The notes beneath the pieces were generated by a model. That model was not told the origin of the DNA and did not search any database. It worked only from the letters and a program-made list of their open reading frames with translations. Positions 27,767 to 36,966 of a DNA stretch of 64,000 nucleotides are shown here, one piece after another. Where the stretch lies: NCBI GenBank assembly GCA_913049915.1, contig CAJWZC010000009.1, positions 386-64,385 of the forward strand, written 5' to 3'. The position numbers and the translations under genes were made by a program. Position 1 is the first letter of the stretch. Each line of letters opens with the position of its first letter. Source of the stretch: an uncultured Colwellia sp. GTDB taxonomy: Bacteria; Pseudomonadota; Gammaproteobacteria; Enterobacterales; Alteromonadaceae.

Positions 27767-29848
27767 TTAAAGTTGCTTGAGTATTAAGTTTTGATAACCA
27801 ATGCGGTAACCAGCGGGAACGTCGGACTCGTACAAACCTATTTTTAGGTAGTAACTAGGGCCAGCGCCATCAATATTACTGCAATCAGTGACCGATAAGC
27901 TATTATCTATATCCAGCACATTTCCATCTATAGTAAGCGATAGCAGTGTTTTTGAATTTTCAATGGTATATTCAATAATATGCCAGCCTTCATTTAAATG
28001 ACCAGGGGTATCTGCAAGGACCTTCTCCCCGCCACTTTGAACACGAACACCTCCTCCAGCTGTTATTTTAATGTTTATCGGTGGCTTTCCTGAGCCACAT
28101 TTTATTTGCGATATAGTCGAATCAAAATCTGAGGGAACTGTTTCGACAAAAAATTTAAATGATACTTTGTAATCACCTACCGGAATGAAAGCGACTTTAG
28201 CTTCTGTTCTGCGGCTATCACCTGGGTCCCTTGTGTCAGTCTGAGTAGCTATAAGGGCCTGGCTATTACCAATATTTCCGATTATAAACCCATCGTTATT
28301 GTCATCATCTTTGGTTCCTCCTGTCCTAAAGGCAATAACCCAAGATTCAAAATCATCTAATTGAATTGCATTAGAGAAATCGATTTGGCAATCTACCCAT
28401 GATCCAAATGCACAACTTTGTGCATCATATCGCCACTGAACGTAGCTATTTATATCTGTACAATTAACATCTCTATTAATCGTGGTATTGGTTAACATGG
28501 TCGCTAGATTATCGATATCAATACAAGCAAGATTAGGGTTATTGGTAAGATACAAGTAATGTAAATCAGTCTTTCCTAATAATACTGAGATATCACTGAT
28601 ACTGTTAGCATTAATAAACAAGTTATTCATAGCGTTCAACGCTGATAGCGCCGAGATATCACTAATCGAGTTATAAGAAAGCGATAGGCCCTTTATGAAC
28701 GTTAATTGAGATAACGCCAAGATATCACTGATATTATTTTCATCAAGATACAAATACATCAACCCTGTTGTGCCTGATAGCGCAGAAATATCACTAATAC
28801 TGTTAGCGGTGAGATATAAATAATTCAGTGCGCTCATCCCTGATAACGCAGAAATGTCACTGATATTGTTATAGCCAAGTTGAAGCACTGATAAAGCCGT
28901 TAAGCTTGATAGTGCCGAGAGTTCACTAATATTATTAGTAGTAAGGTTTAACTCATTTAAAACGGTTAAATTTGATAACGCCGAAATATCACTAATATTA
29001 TTGTTATCTAACCCGAGTGTTTGTAGATTAATAAACACCTCGATACCACTGATACTTGATATAGACGAACTATTGCAATCTAAGCTGTCGACTTCGCTAA
29101 TAAGCTGCCAATTGTTCGTCGATACATGAGAGTCGAAACAAGTTTGGAAATTGCTATCTGCCAAAGTGACATCAGCAATACTGGCAGTAGCTTCCACTAT
29201 AGGTGGCGGTGTTGTATCAGCAACTGCAGTTACTGTAACGGTTCGAGTAACTTCAGTGGCCACATTACCCGATGCATCACTAACATTATAAGTAAGCGTG
29301 TAACTACCAATAGTATCGATATCTACAGACCCAGTTTCTACAATGTTGGCGGTGATAATGCCATCTTTATTATCTTTAGCTTCAGCGCCTTGATCGGTAT
29401 AAGCTTCTCCTTCCTCTAGTTCCACAGTCGCCGGACCGGTAAGCGTCATAACAGGCGCTGTTGTGTCAGCCGCTTTCACTCCCCCTGCAGTTACTGTAAC
29501 GGTTCGAGTAACTTCAGTGGCCGAATTATCCGCAACATCACTGACATTATAGGTAAGCGTGTAACTGCCAGTGGCATCGACATTCACTGCAGATTCATCT
29601 ACTACAATATTGCCGCTGATATCGCCATCTATATTATCGCTAGCTGAAGCACCTTGATCGACATAGGCTTCTCCTTCCTCAAGTTCGACAGTAGCCGGAC
29701 CGGTAAGCGTAATAATAGGCGCTGTTGTGTCAGCCGCTTTCCCACCACTGTCACCACTATCAACGCCGGTACATGCGGCGAGAACAAAAACCAAGCTGAT
29801 AGTTGGCACTAGCCTGATGATAAAGAACTTATCTATAAAAAACATCAT
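27767..29848 (-). CDS. Lipoprotein: 2x DUF5011-type Ig repeats + internalin-like LRRs + C-terminal jelly-roll lyase-like domain
   Basis: Lipobox LAAC; DTTAP.ITLTG...DNIDGD repeats; about 8 L..L.L..N.ISDISAL repeats; C-terminal RRTEAK, ISQIK, YYLKIGLY. Confidence 0.72.
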   Translation of the reverse strand: MMFFIDKFFIIRLVPTISLVFVLAACTGVDSGDSGGKAADTTAPIITLTGPATVELEEGEAYVDQGASASDNIDGDISGNIVVDESAVNVDATGSYTLTYNVSDVADNSATEVTRTVTVTAGGVKAADTTAPVMTLTGPATVELEEGEAYTDQGAEAKDNKDGIITANIVETGSVDIDTIGSYTLTYNVSDASGNVATEVTRTVTVTAVADTTPPPIVEATASIADVTLADSNFQTCFDSHVSTNNWQLISEVDSLDCNSSSISSISGIEVFINLQTLGLDNNNISDISALSNLTVLNELNLTTNNISELSALSSLTALSVLQLGYNNISDISALSGMSALNYLYLTANSISDISALSGTTGLMYLYLDENNISDILALSQLTFIKGLSLSYNSISDISALSALNAMNNLFINANSISDISVLLGKTDLHYLYLTNNPNLACIDIDNLATMLTNTTINRDVNCTDINSYVQWRYDAQSCAFGSWVDCQIDFSNAIQLDDFESWVIAFRTGGTKDDDNNDGFIIGNIGNSQALIATQTDTRDPGDSRRTEAKVAFIPVGDYKVSFKFFVETVPSDFDSTISQIKCGSGKPPINIKITAGGGVRVQSGGEKVLADTPGHLNEGWHIIEYTIENSKTLLSLTIDGNVLDIDNSLSVTDCSNIDGAGPSYYLKIGLYESDVPAGYRIGYQNLILKQL

Positions 29849-29954
29849 CTCAAATTATTTCCTTTATTTTTACATCTTCTGCATATTCAACTTTTGTCTA
29901 TTTGACTTTTGTCTAGTTATCCATGATACCCATACTAGGTTCTAATTTACCCTC

Positions 29955-31310
29955 TTAACTTGGACCATGAAAAGAGGCTCCTTTAACTGGCTCCGACTCC
30001 AATGCAGGGCTACCTTGGCTTACTTGATAGTCGTTATTGGCAGCATCCCGAAAAAGTGGATCTGCGTAGCTAGGGTCATCTCCAGAATTTGATACGATTG
30101 CGTCTCCTTGTAAAAAGAAAAGATTGCCGGCGACAAGATTATTGGGCGCGTGATCCACCAATAGCAGATCGCCAGTCGAGCCAGTAATAATATTGTTCAA
30201 TAGTCGATTACCTTCCGGAGCCACATTTTGTATGCCTTTCTCCTCTTGATCTGCACCGCGGCTATCCCCAACAATAATACCCGTCCGCCCGGCATTGACG
30301 ATAGTATTATTGGCTATCAAACACTGACCGGCTGCCTGATAATGACCGCCCTGTTCCTTGGTCATGCCATAAAACAAACGGATGCCAGTATCCCTACTGT
30401 TGACAATAACATTGTCTTTAACAACGTGACCGGTACCGCAAATACGGATGCCGCCCCTGCTGGAATAAAAACGATTTCCTTCAATTAAACAATTTTGGCC
30501 GCCACGCATGACCAGCTCGCCATCACATTGATTAAATACATTGCGGCGATAAATATTTCCCGCACATTTATTGCTGATAATCTCAGCTTCGCCATCACAG
30601 CGTTCAAATATGTTTTCTTCAACAATAGTACTCACCACTACGTGTCCATAGGTCGGTTGATTGGTGCCAATTTTAATGGTCTCTCTACCATTTACGCCCG
30701 CGTCAGGAATATCTTGGAAGTGGTTGTTGCGAATGACATTGCCAATAGGCACGCCATATTCGTAAATATCTTCATTCATTGTTAGGTTTACACAACGGGC
30801 AGCGATATTGCTAAAATGACAATGAGTGATGAGATTCTTTACAGCGCCAACAGAAATACCTATTGCTGCTTTATCCCCACCACTATTTTCAAACACACAA
30901 TTGGCGATCGAACAATGATCGGAACGATTGAAGTACAAGAGATTTTTGTTAAAATTGCATTGTTCGAATCGAAGACCGTCAACCGTGACATAACGTCCAG
31001 TAATCAAAAAATCGCTAGTTCCGGTAAAGACAACCCCACCAACACTCTGTGGTTGAATCAATATGGGTTGCTGAGATGTTCCCCTACAATCAAGTTCGAC
31101 AGACCAGCCATGGTAGCGGCCATTTTTGATGATAATAGTATCGCCCGGCTTTGCTGCACTAATGGCTGCTTTTAAAGAGTCCTCTGATTCGACAGGCTCT
31201 TGGTCAACCGCAAACACTGCTGCTTCAATCGACAATACGCGATAAGAAACCATGCTACTGGCAAGGCCAGCTGAGGTTAATGCCAAAAACTTACGCCTAT
31301 TAATATTCAC
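29955..31310 (-). CDS. Tat-exported PL6/chondroitinase-B-like lyase (copy 3)
   Basis: NRRKFL; ETIKIGT, EIISNKC...GELVMRGG. Confidence 0.82.
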   Translation of the reverse strand: MNINRRKFLALTSAGLASSMVSYRVLSIEAAVFAVDQEPVESEDSLKAAISAAKPGDTIIIKNGRYHGWSVELDCRGTSQQPILIQPQSVGGVVFTGTSDFLITGRYVTVDGLRFEQCNFNKNLLYFNRSDHCSIANCVFENSGGDKAAIGISVGAVKNLITHCHFSNIAARCVNLTMNEDIYEYGVPIGNVIRNNHFQDIPDAGVNGRETIKIGTNQPTYGHVVVSTIVEENIFERCDGEAEIISNKCAGNIYRRNVFNQCDGELVMRGGQNCLIEGNRFYSSRGGIRICGTGHVVKDNVIVNSRDTGIRLFYGMTKEQGGHYQAAGQCLIANNTIVNAGRTGIIVGDSRGADQEEKGIQNVAPEGNRLLNNIITGSTGDLLLVDHAPNNLVAGNLFFLQGDAIVSNSGDDPSYADPLFRDAANNDYQVSQGSPALESEPVKGASFHGPS

Positions 31311-31448
31311 AATAAAATCCTTATGGAAAGTTTGTCAGTGAGCTCAGAAAATTTAGGGCTGACTGTTGAAAGTAAATATTGTATATACCCGTGTTGCCCA
31401 AAATACAGGACTAAAGCAAACGAGACCCATACGACAAAAAACTTTTTA

Positions 31449-31568
31449 TAGTATAACCACCCGACCAACTAACCCTATAATTGGTCTATCCAAGACGACT
31501 AATAACACATCATGAAAATCAATCATTGGTCTGTCCAAGACTACTAAAAACATAATATACAAGTCAAT
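31449..31568 (-). promoter_or_regulatory. Promoter/operator module copy C with duplicated operator (31479-31494 and 31524-31539)
   Basis: AATTGGTCTATCCAAG and CATTGGTCTGTCCAAG; the second lies 24 nt from GTCAA (31563). Confidence 0.78.
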
Positions 31569-31836
31569 ACAACTTTAACTTTTGAGCAACCAAATAGGCA
31601 GATAATTATATTATTAATACAACTTAACCTATAAAATCAATAGTTTAAATTATGACCCTCTGGTTTACCAAATAAAAACAAAACACCAATAAAATTGGTC
31701 AAACAGATTTAGCCTGAACACTTGACTAAACAGGTTCAATATAGTATTTTTGAATAAATGTCTATGCTAAATAATATTATTAGACATATTTTACTTGTTC
31801 TAAAATTATCATAAAAATGTAAGGAATATATATCAA

Positions 31837-34395
31837 ATGAAAATTTTTAATCCTCTATTTTCTACCATAAAAACAGTGTCCGTTATTGCGCTTGTTACTA
31901 CGCTCAGCGCTTGTGGTGGTAGTGACAGTGACACGACTGATACAACAGCGCCTGATATTGTGCTTAACGGTAGTGGTGCCTCTGTGACCATAACCCAAGG
32001 TGATGCCTATGAAGAGCTAGCAACCGCTAGCGATAATATAGATGGCGATCTCACCGCCAACATTGTAATAGGTGGGGATACTGTGGATGTCGATAGCATT
32101 GGCAGTTACGCTATTACCTATAGAGTCAGTGATGCTGCGAATAATGTCCGTGCAGTTACTCGAATAGTTAATGTTGTTGCAGTGCCTGATATAACAATAC
32201 CTACTATTACGCTTATCGGTTCGGCCACTGTGGAAATAGCGCAAGGAACAATCTATGACGAACAAGGTGCTACCGCTAACGATATTAGGGATGGCGATAT
32301 TAGCGACAATGTTGTCGTAGGTGGGGATGCTGTGGATGCAGATACCATTGGCACTTACAGTGTTACTTATAATGTTAGTGATGAAGCGGATAATGAGGCG
32401 ATAGAAGTTACTCGAACAATAAATGTAATTGCTGATACAACATTGCCTGTTATTACGCTTATCGGTTCGGCCACTGTGAACATAGAAAAAGGAACACCCT
32501 ATGTCGATGAAGGTGCTACCGCTAACGATAATAAAGATGGCGATATCACCGACAATATTTTAGATGATGCGTCTGATGTGGATGTCGATACCGTTGACAC
32601 TTACACTGTTACTTATACTGTCAGTGATGCTGCGGGTAATCCGGCTATTGCTGTTACTCGAACAGTTAATGTTACTGCAGCTGCAGTAATTGAACTGACG
32701 GGTAATTTTTCATACAGTGATGTCGCTGGTATCACTGTCGCTGGTATTAGCTATGCAACAGAGACTCAATCGGGTATAACCGATGCTTCGGGTGCATTTA
32801 GCTATGTAGATGGTGAAACAATAACCTTCTCAATAGGTGACACTGTTATTGGCGATACTGTTGATGCTGAGACTACTATCACCCCACAAGATTTAGCCAC
32901 GGGTGTAGCGTTGTATACAACGACTGCCGAGGTTGGTCATATGTTATCAGGTGATGATCGCAGCCCTGAACGCTTAGCTTTCAATAAATTTCATAACATT
33001 CTTAGCTTTTTGCATACGCTTGATGAAGATGCCGACCCTGATACTAATGGCATAGTTATCGAAGCAGGTATAGCTGCCTTGTTTGTTACCGGTCAAGTTG
33101 ACTTTGAGCAATCATATGTAGATTTTGAAGATAATAGAAAACTAAGATATATCACTCATGCTGCAAAGGTTGCAGGGTTACTGACTACTACTACAGCGGC
33201 TATTAAAAAAACAGGCTTTGCCATAGAGCATTTTTATAGTGCACAAGGCATTACTCATACCCTGGAAGCCAATACCAAAATAATCTTTGACGATGCACTT
33301 GATAACACTCTAGACAATGTTCAAACCTATGGATATGACCCTGTCGGCAATGTTAACAAAGCTATTGAATGGGAGTTATCGGACGATAACCCTGCAGCTG
33401 CCCCTTTAACTGACTCTTTAACTGAGGGTGGTTACGAGAAAAAATACACCTTCATTACCGACGCTAACGGTGTTGCACAAAAGTTTGTAGAAGACCAATT
33501 CGACTGGGCAGGCGTTGAGAGACCATACGAATATAGATATGACACTAACGGCAATCTATTTGAATACGATTGGGCAAAGGATGCAGTAAAGAGCTTTGTC
33601 TATGCCTACGTATTTGATGCTAGCGGTAATAGGACTGCATTTGAAAGAGCTAAGGAGCTAAAAAATGGGGACTTTAAAAAAGATAAAAACGACAAGCAAT
33701 TCACCTATGCTTATGACGCTAGAGGTAACCTGACGCAAAAGGTGGAAGTTGATGAATCTTTCACTGACACTTACACTTATACTTATACTGATAGTAACGA
33801 TGTAACCACTACTGCTGATGATAGTGACGGTGAAATAACACAAATCATCGGGTTTAACGATGAAGATGACCAGACCACCACTGTTATCTATAATACTGAC
33901 GGTCAGCTGATCTCAGAAGCTTTAGTATCAGCTGCAGATGCCACACTAAATGAGACTACTACCTACACCTATGATGCTACAACTGGTTATCTGGAGACCC
34001 TCACGGTTGTAGATGGCGCTGCAGTGACGACTGTTACCACCCACACCTATGATGCTGCAGGTTATAAAGCAACAAGTACTGCTGTAGTTGATGATGGCAT
34101 TACGGCAACCAAGAGCACCACCTTCAATTATAATGGTGACGGCTATCTGGCAACAAGCGACACTGACAAAGATGAAGACGGTACAGCAGACATGATCACC
34201 ACCTTCGTATATACCGGTGACAAACTGATGTCAGAAACAGCTGTAGATAAAAATGATAGTGACAGTGTTATCGAGACCACTACCTATGAATACGTAGCCT
34301 CTACCTGGGTAGCAGTTTTGAAGAAGGTCGTTTTCAATAGCAGCGCTCGACCACAAGCTGAGCCAGTTAGTTACAACGCTCCTCCAATTAAATAA
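31837..34395 (+). CDS. Acidic surface lipoprotein: 3x DUF5011-type Ig repeats, adhesin-like middle domain, YD-like repeats
   Basis: Lipobox LSAC; three P.ITL.G...D..DGD...Y.VSD repeats; GISY.T...G.T...G.FSY..GETITFSIG; many Y.YD..GN/G. repeats. Confidence 0.7.
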   Translation: MKIFNPLFSTIKTVSVIALVTTLSACGGSDSDTTDTTAPDIVLNGSGASVTITQGDAYEELATASDNIDGDLTANIVIGGDTVDVDSIGSYAITYRVSDAANNVRAVTRIVNVVAVPDITIPTITLIGSATVEIAQGTIYDEQGATANDIRDGDISDNVVVGGDAVDADTIGTYSVTYNVSDEADNEAIEVTRTINVIADTTLPVITLIGSATVNIEKGTPYVDEGATANDNKDGDITDNILDDASDVDVDTVDTYTVTYTVSDAAGNPAIAVTRTVNVTAAAVIELTGNFSYSDVAGITVAGISYATETQSGITDASGAFSYVDGETITFSIGDTVIGDTVDAETTITPQDLATGVALYTTTAEVGHMLSGDDRSPERLAFNKFHNILSFLHTLDEDADPDTNGIVIEAGIAALFVTGQVDFEQSYVDFEDNRKLRYITHAAKVAGLLTTTTAAIKKTGFAIEHFYSAQGITHTLEANTKIIFDDALDNTLDNVQTYGYDPVGNVNKAIEWELSDDNPAAAPLTDSLTEGGYEKKYTFITDANGVAQKFVEDQFDWAGVERPYEYRYDTNGNLFEYDWAKDAVKSFVYAYVFDASGNRTAFERAKELKNGDFKKDKNDKQFTYAYDARGNLTQKVEVDESFTDTYTYTYTDSNDVTTTADDSDGEITQIIGFNDEDDQTTTVIYNTDGQLISEALVSAADATLNETTTYTYDATTGYLETLTVVDGAAVTTVTTHTYDAAGYKATSTAVVDDGITATKSTTFNYNGDGYLATSDTDKDEDGTADMITTFVYTGDKLMSETAVDKNDSDSVIETTTYEYVASTWVAVLKKVVFNSSARPQAEPVSYNAPPIK

Positions 34396-34475
34396 ACCCG
34401 ATCAATAAGGTGACACTGCTCATCTTATTGGCTTAGTTTATGATAACTAATAACGGTTAAATTTAAGATACAAGC

Positions 34476-34506
34476 AAAAGCCACCTCATTGAGGTGGCTT
34501 TTTTTT
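34476..34506 (+). terminator. Rho-independent terminator
   Basis: AAAAGCCACCTCA-T-TGAGGTGGCTTTT followed by a T-run, downstream of 31837..34395. Confidence 0.85.
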
Positions 34507-34514
34507 CGTCTCAA

Positions 34515-35092
34515 TTTCTGAACAAATAACTAGACAAGGCAAACATATCCAATCGAGTAAATCGAACCAGCATGCGGAAAGTGGCAAGGAAGCTTGGCTG
34601 CTCGTCACATCGCTGGCAGTCACCAGTAAACTAGCCAAGCGAGTGGTAAAAATATATAAAAAAGGATGGAAACTGAAGAAGGCTATCGTGACATGAAAAG
34701 CGAGCATTATGGATTGGGATTCAACGCCAGTATGAGCTACAAAGTAACCAGAATAGCCATACTGATGTTGATTGCTGCATTGGCGGCAATACTGTTGCTC
34801 ATCATTGGAACCGCAGCGGAACAAGCAGGGTTAGCTCGTCACTATCAAGCAAATACAGTTAAACATCGACGGGTACTTTCCCTTCACTTCCTGGGCAGAA
34901 GAGTGGTAAAGAACCCCCGCCTTAATCTAACCTTTGAGCATATTCAAAAAGCAATCCTACACATGCAAAAAATTACCTTAACTGCAGATAGAAGTATGTA
35001 GAAAAGTAAAGAAAATGACCAGGTTCAACTGCAACCATCTCTTCAAAAAATTGAAAGTTGCATGTTCATTTAAATTTGTGGGGATCCTTCAG
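34515..35092 (+). mobile_element. IS4-family (IS10-like) transposase 3' remnant with right terminal inverted repeat
   Basis: KEAWLLVTSL...IY(fs)RMETEEGYRDMKS..YGLG, YQANTVKHRRVLS; end TTTGTGGGGATCCTTCAG resembles IS10-type ends (CTGA.GATCCCC). Confidence 0.75.
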
Positions 35093-35129
35093 GTTCTGAC
35101 CCCAATAATTAAACTCTAATTATTTTAGT

Positions 35130-36158
35130 CTATTTCTGGCAGTCAATCATAATGTGAATGGCATCACCGAGTTGCTCGTCTCGCTTAGTAAACGCTTCGC
35201 TGATTTCTTCCATGGTGTAGGTATGGGTGATCATTTCAGCGACATTGACCAAACCCTGCTCGACCATATTCACACCTTCAGTAAACATACGCCGCATATC
35301 GATGTCGCGGCGCGGCTCAGTCGAGACAATTGACAAGCGTTTACGATGCACCTTTAACCAATCAAACGGCTCATTGCAGGTACCTATGCAACCGTACATA
35401 ATGATGCGTCCTCCCATCGAAGCACAGTCGACGGCATCAATCATGCCCGCGCCCTCTAAGAGACAGGGAATGACCACTTCAAATCCATCAGGAAAATCAG
35501 CGCCAATGGTTTCCATGGTAAGTGCATCATGACCCGATAATTTATAGGTCTTGGTCGCCCCATATTGTTGAGCAAGTGCTAAATTGCGATCTTTAAGGTC
35601 AGTCACAATTAAATTACGCGGTAAAAATAAGCTGACCACTTGGGTCATGACCAAACCAGAAACACCCTGTCCCATAATCAGCACATCAGTATGGGTCGAT
35701 ATAGTGCTTTACTCAGCGGCATGAATAATACCGGGCAGCACTGCGATTGGTGAAATGTCTTCATCACGAAAATGTTCTGGAACGACATGGACGTTAAATG
35801 GTTTACATACTATGCATTCGGCAAAGGCGCCCCACACATAACGACAGCTTACGTGCTGTCCTACTTGCAGGCCGCATACGCCAGGGCCAATTTTTTCAAT
35901 CACACCGCTCACTTCATGACCAAGCCGACTTGGCGTACTGAGGAATTCTGGCGAGCGTGCGCCACGGTAACTCTCCAAATCGGAACCACAAATACCGACG
36001 TAACGAATTTTGATACGGATCTCGCCATGACCTGGCTCAGGAATGAGCGCATGACGCATGCTAAGCTTGCCTGGTTCATCAAGCACAACGACGCGCTGGG
36101 CACCGGGCGTACCCACATCCACGAGATCTAGTTCAGCAATATTCATTTTGGTAGCCAT
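35130..36158 (-). pseudogene. Zn-dependent (MDR) sugar/uronate dehydrogenase split by one in-frame TAA at 35709-35711
   Basis: GICGSD, GHE and G.GVSG motifs. ORFs 35709..36158 and 35130..35684 share a frame and are joined by IHAAE*STISTHTDVLIMGQG. Confidence 0.85.
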
Positions 36159-36214
36159 AGTTTGTCCTCTTATATGAGTTGGGGCATCACACCCCGATTA
36201 GTATTACTCCGTGA

Positions 36215-36546
36215 TTACAGAAAATCTTCACGAATAGGATTAAATGAATCCACCAGCCTGACATGCTTTGTCAGCAGCTGTACCGTATGAGGAACATTTG
36301 CGGGTACAGTAAACATATCCCCTTGTTCCAGTGTTGTCGGTTCACCATCGAGAAAAAAAATAATACGACCTTCAGCCATATAACAAATTTGTTCATGGGG
36401 GTGCCAATGTGGCTCGTCAGGTTGCTCGGTAGGACCATCATGAAAATCAATCACCGCCATCATCAGATTATCGAGTTTTGATAAATAGCGGGTGCGTTTA
36501 TCACCTATAGCCGTCAAGGGGTGTCGGCTTGTTTTACAGTTCCCAT
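36215..36546 (-). pseudogene. KdgF-like cupin with a 1-nt frameshift near its start
   Basis: AAGGAG RBS then ATG at 36546 (MGTVKQADTP) meets TGA. The cupin frame (TTG at 36517) is offset by 29 nt. PHWHPHEQICY...NVPH cupin motifs. Confidence 0.7.
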
Positions 36547-36662
36547 AATTTATTCTCCTTTTGATAGCTTGATGAAACCTTTTGGCTGCTGATTTTTGAG
36601 ATTATCATTAGCCTTCGTTGCAGCCCTGAGCATTGACAGGGCTCTTGGTGCAAACGTACCTT

Positions 36663-36928
36663 TATACCCATCACACTTCAAGATGCAGATTTAAGCAAGT
36701 CGAGAAAGGGCCAGGTACAACGCATTGATTGAAGAAAATAGTAATTCTATTATCGAAATCAATAACGCCGTAGATGACCCTTTATCGCCTTGCCCGCAGG
36801 GAGCTAAGCTAGATCATCAGTTCAGCGTTGCGATACTTGATAAGGGAATGACCATTATCTGCGTAACGCGCCTTGAGCTGATTTCCTAGCTTAGCTCTGA
36901 AACTGCATCATGAGGTATGATGGGTATA
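36663..36928 (-). mobile_element. ERIC-like MITE copy 3 (266 bp, opposite orientation, more diverged)
   Basis: TATACCCATCACACTTCAAGATGCAG...CTGCATCATGAGGTATGATGGGTATA. The reverse complement shares TCAAGGCGC, AATGGTCATTCCCTTA, GCAACG and GCGTTATTGAT blocks with copy 1. Confidence 0.78.
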
Positions 36929-36966
36929 TACCACTTTAATAAATGTACACTTGTCAGAACCGTTAC

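Noticed and set aside
28480-29130. Internalin-like LRRs as a virulence invasin
   Set aside because: LRR similarity alone is generic; the context and operator link it to glycan use.
33300-34395. YD repeats as an Rhs/contact-dependent toxin
   Set aside because: No Rhs core terminal motif, toxin tip, immunity gene or secretion-system genes; a terminator follows immediately.
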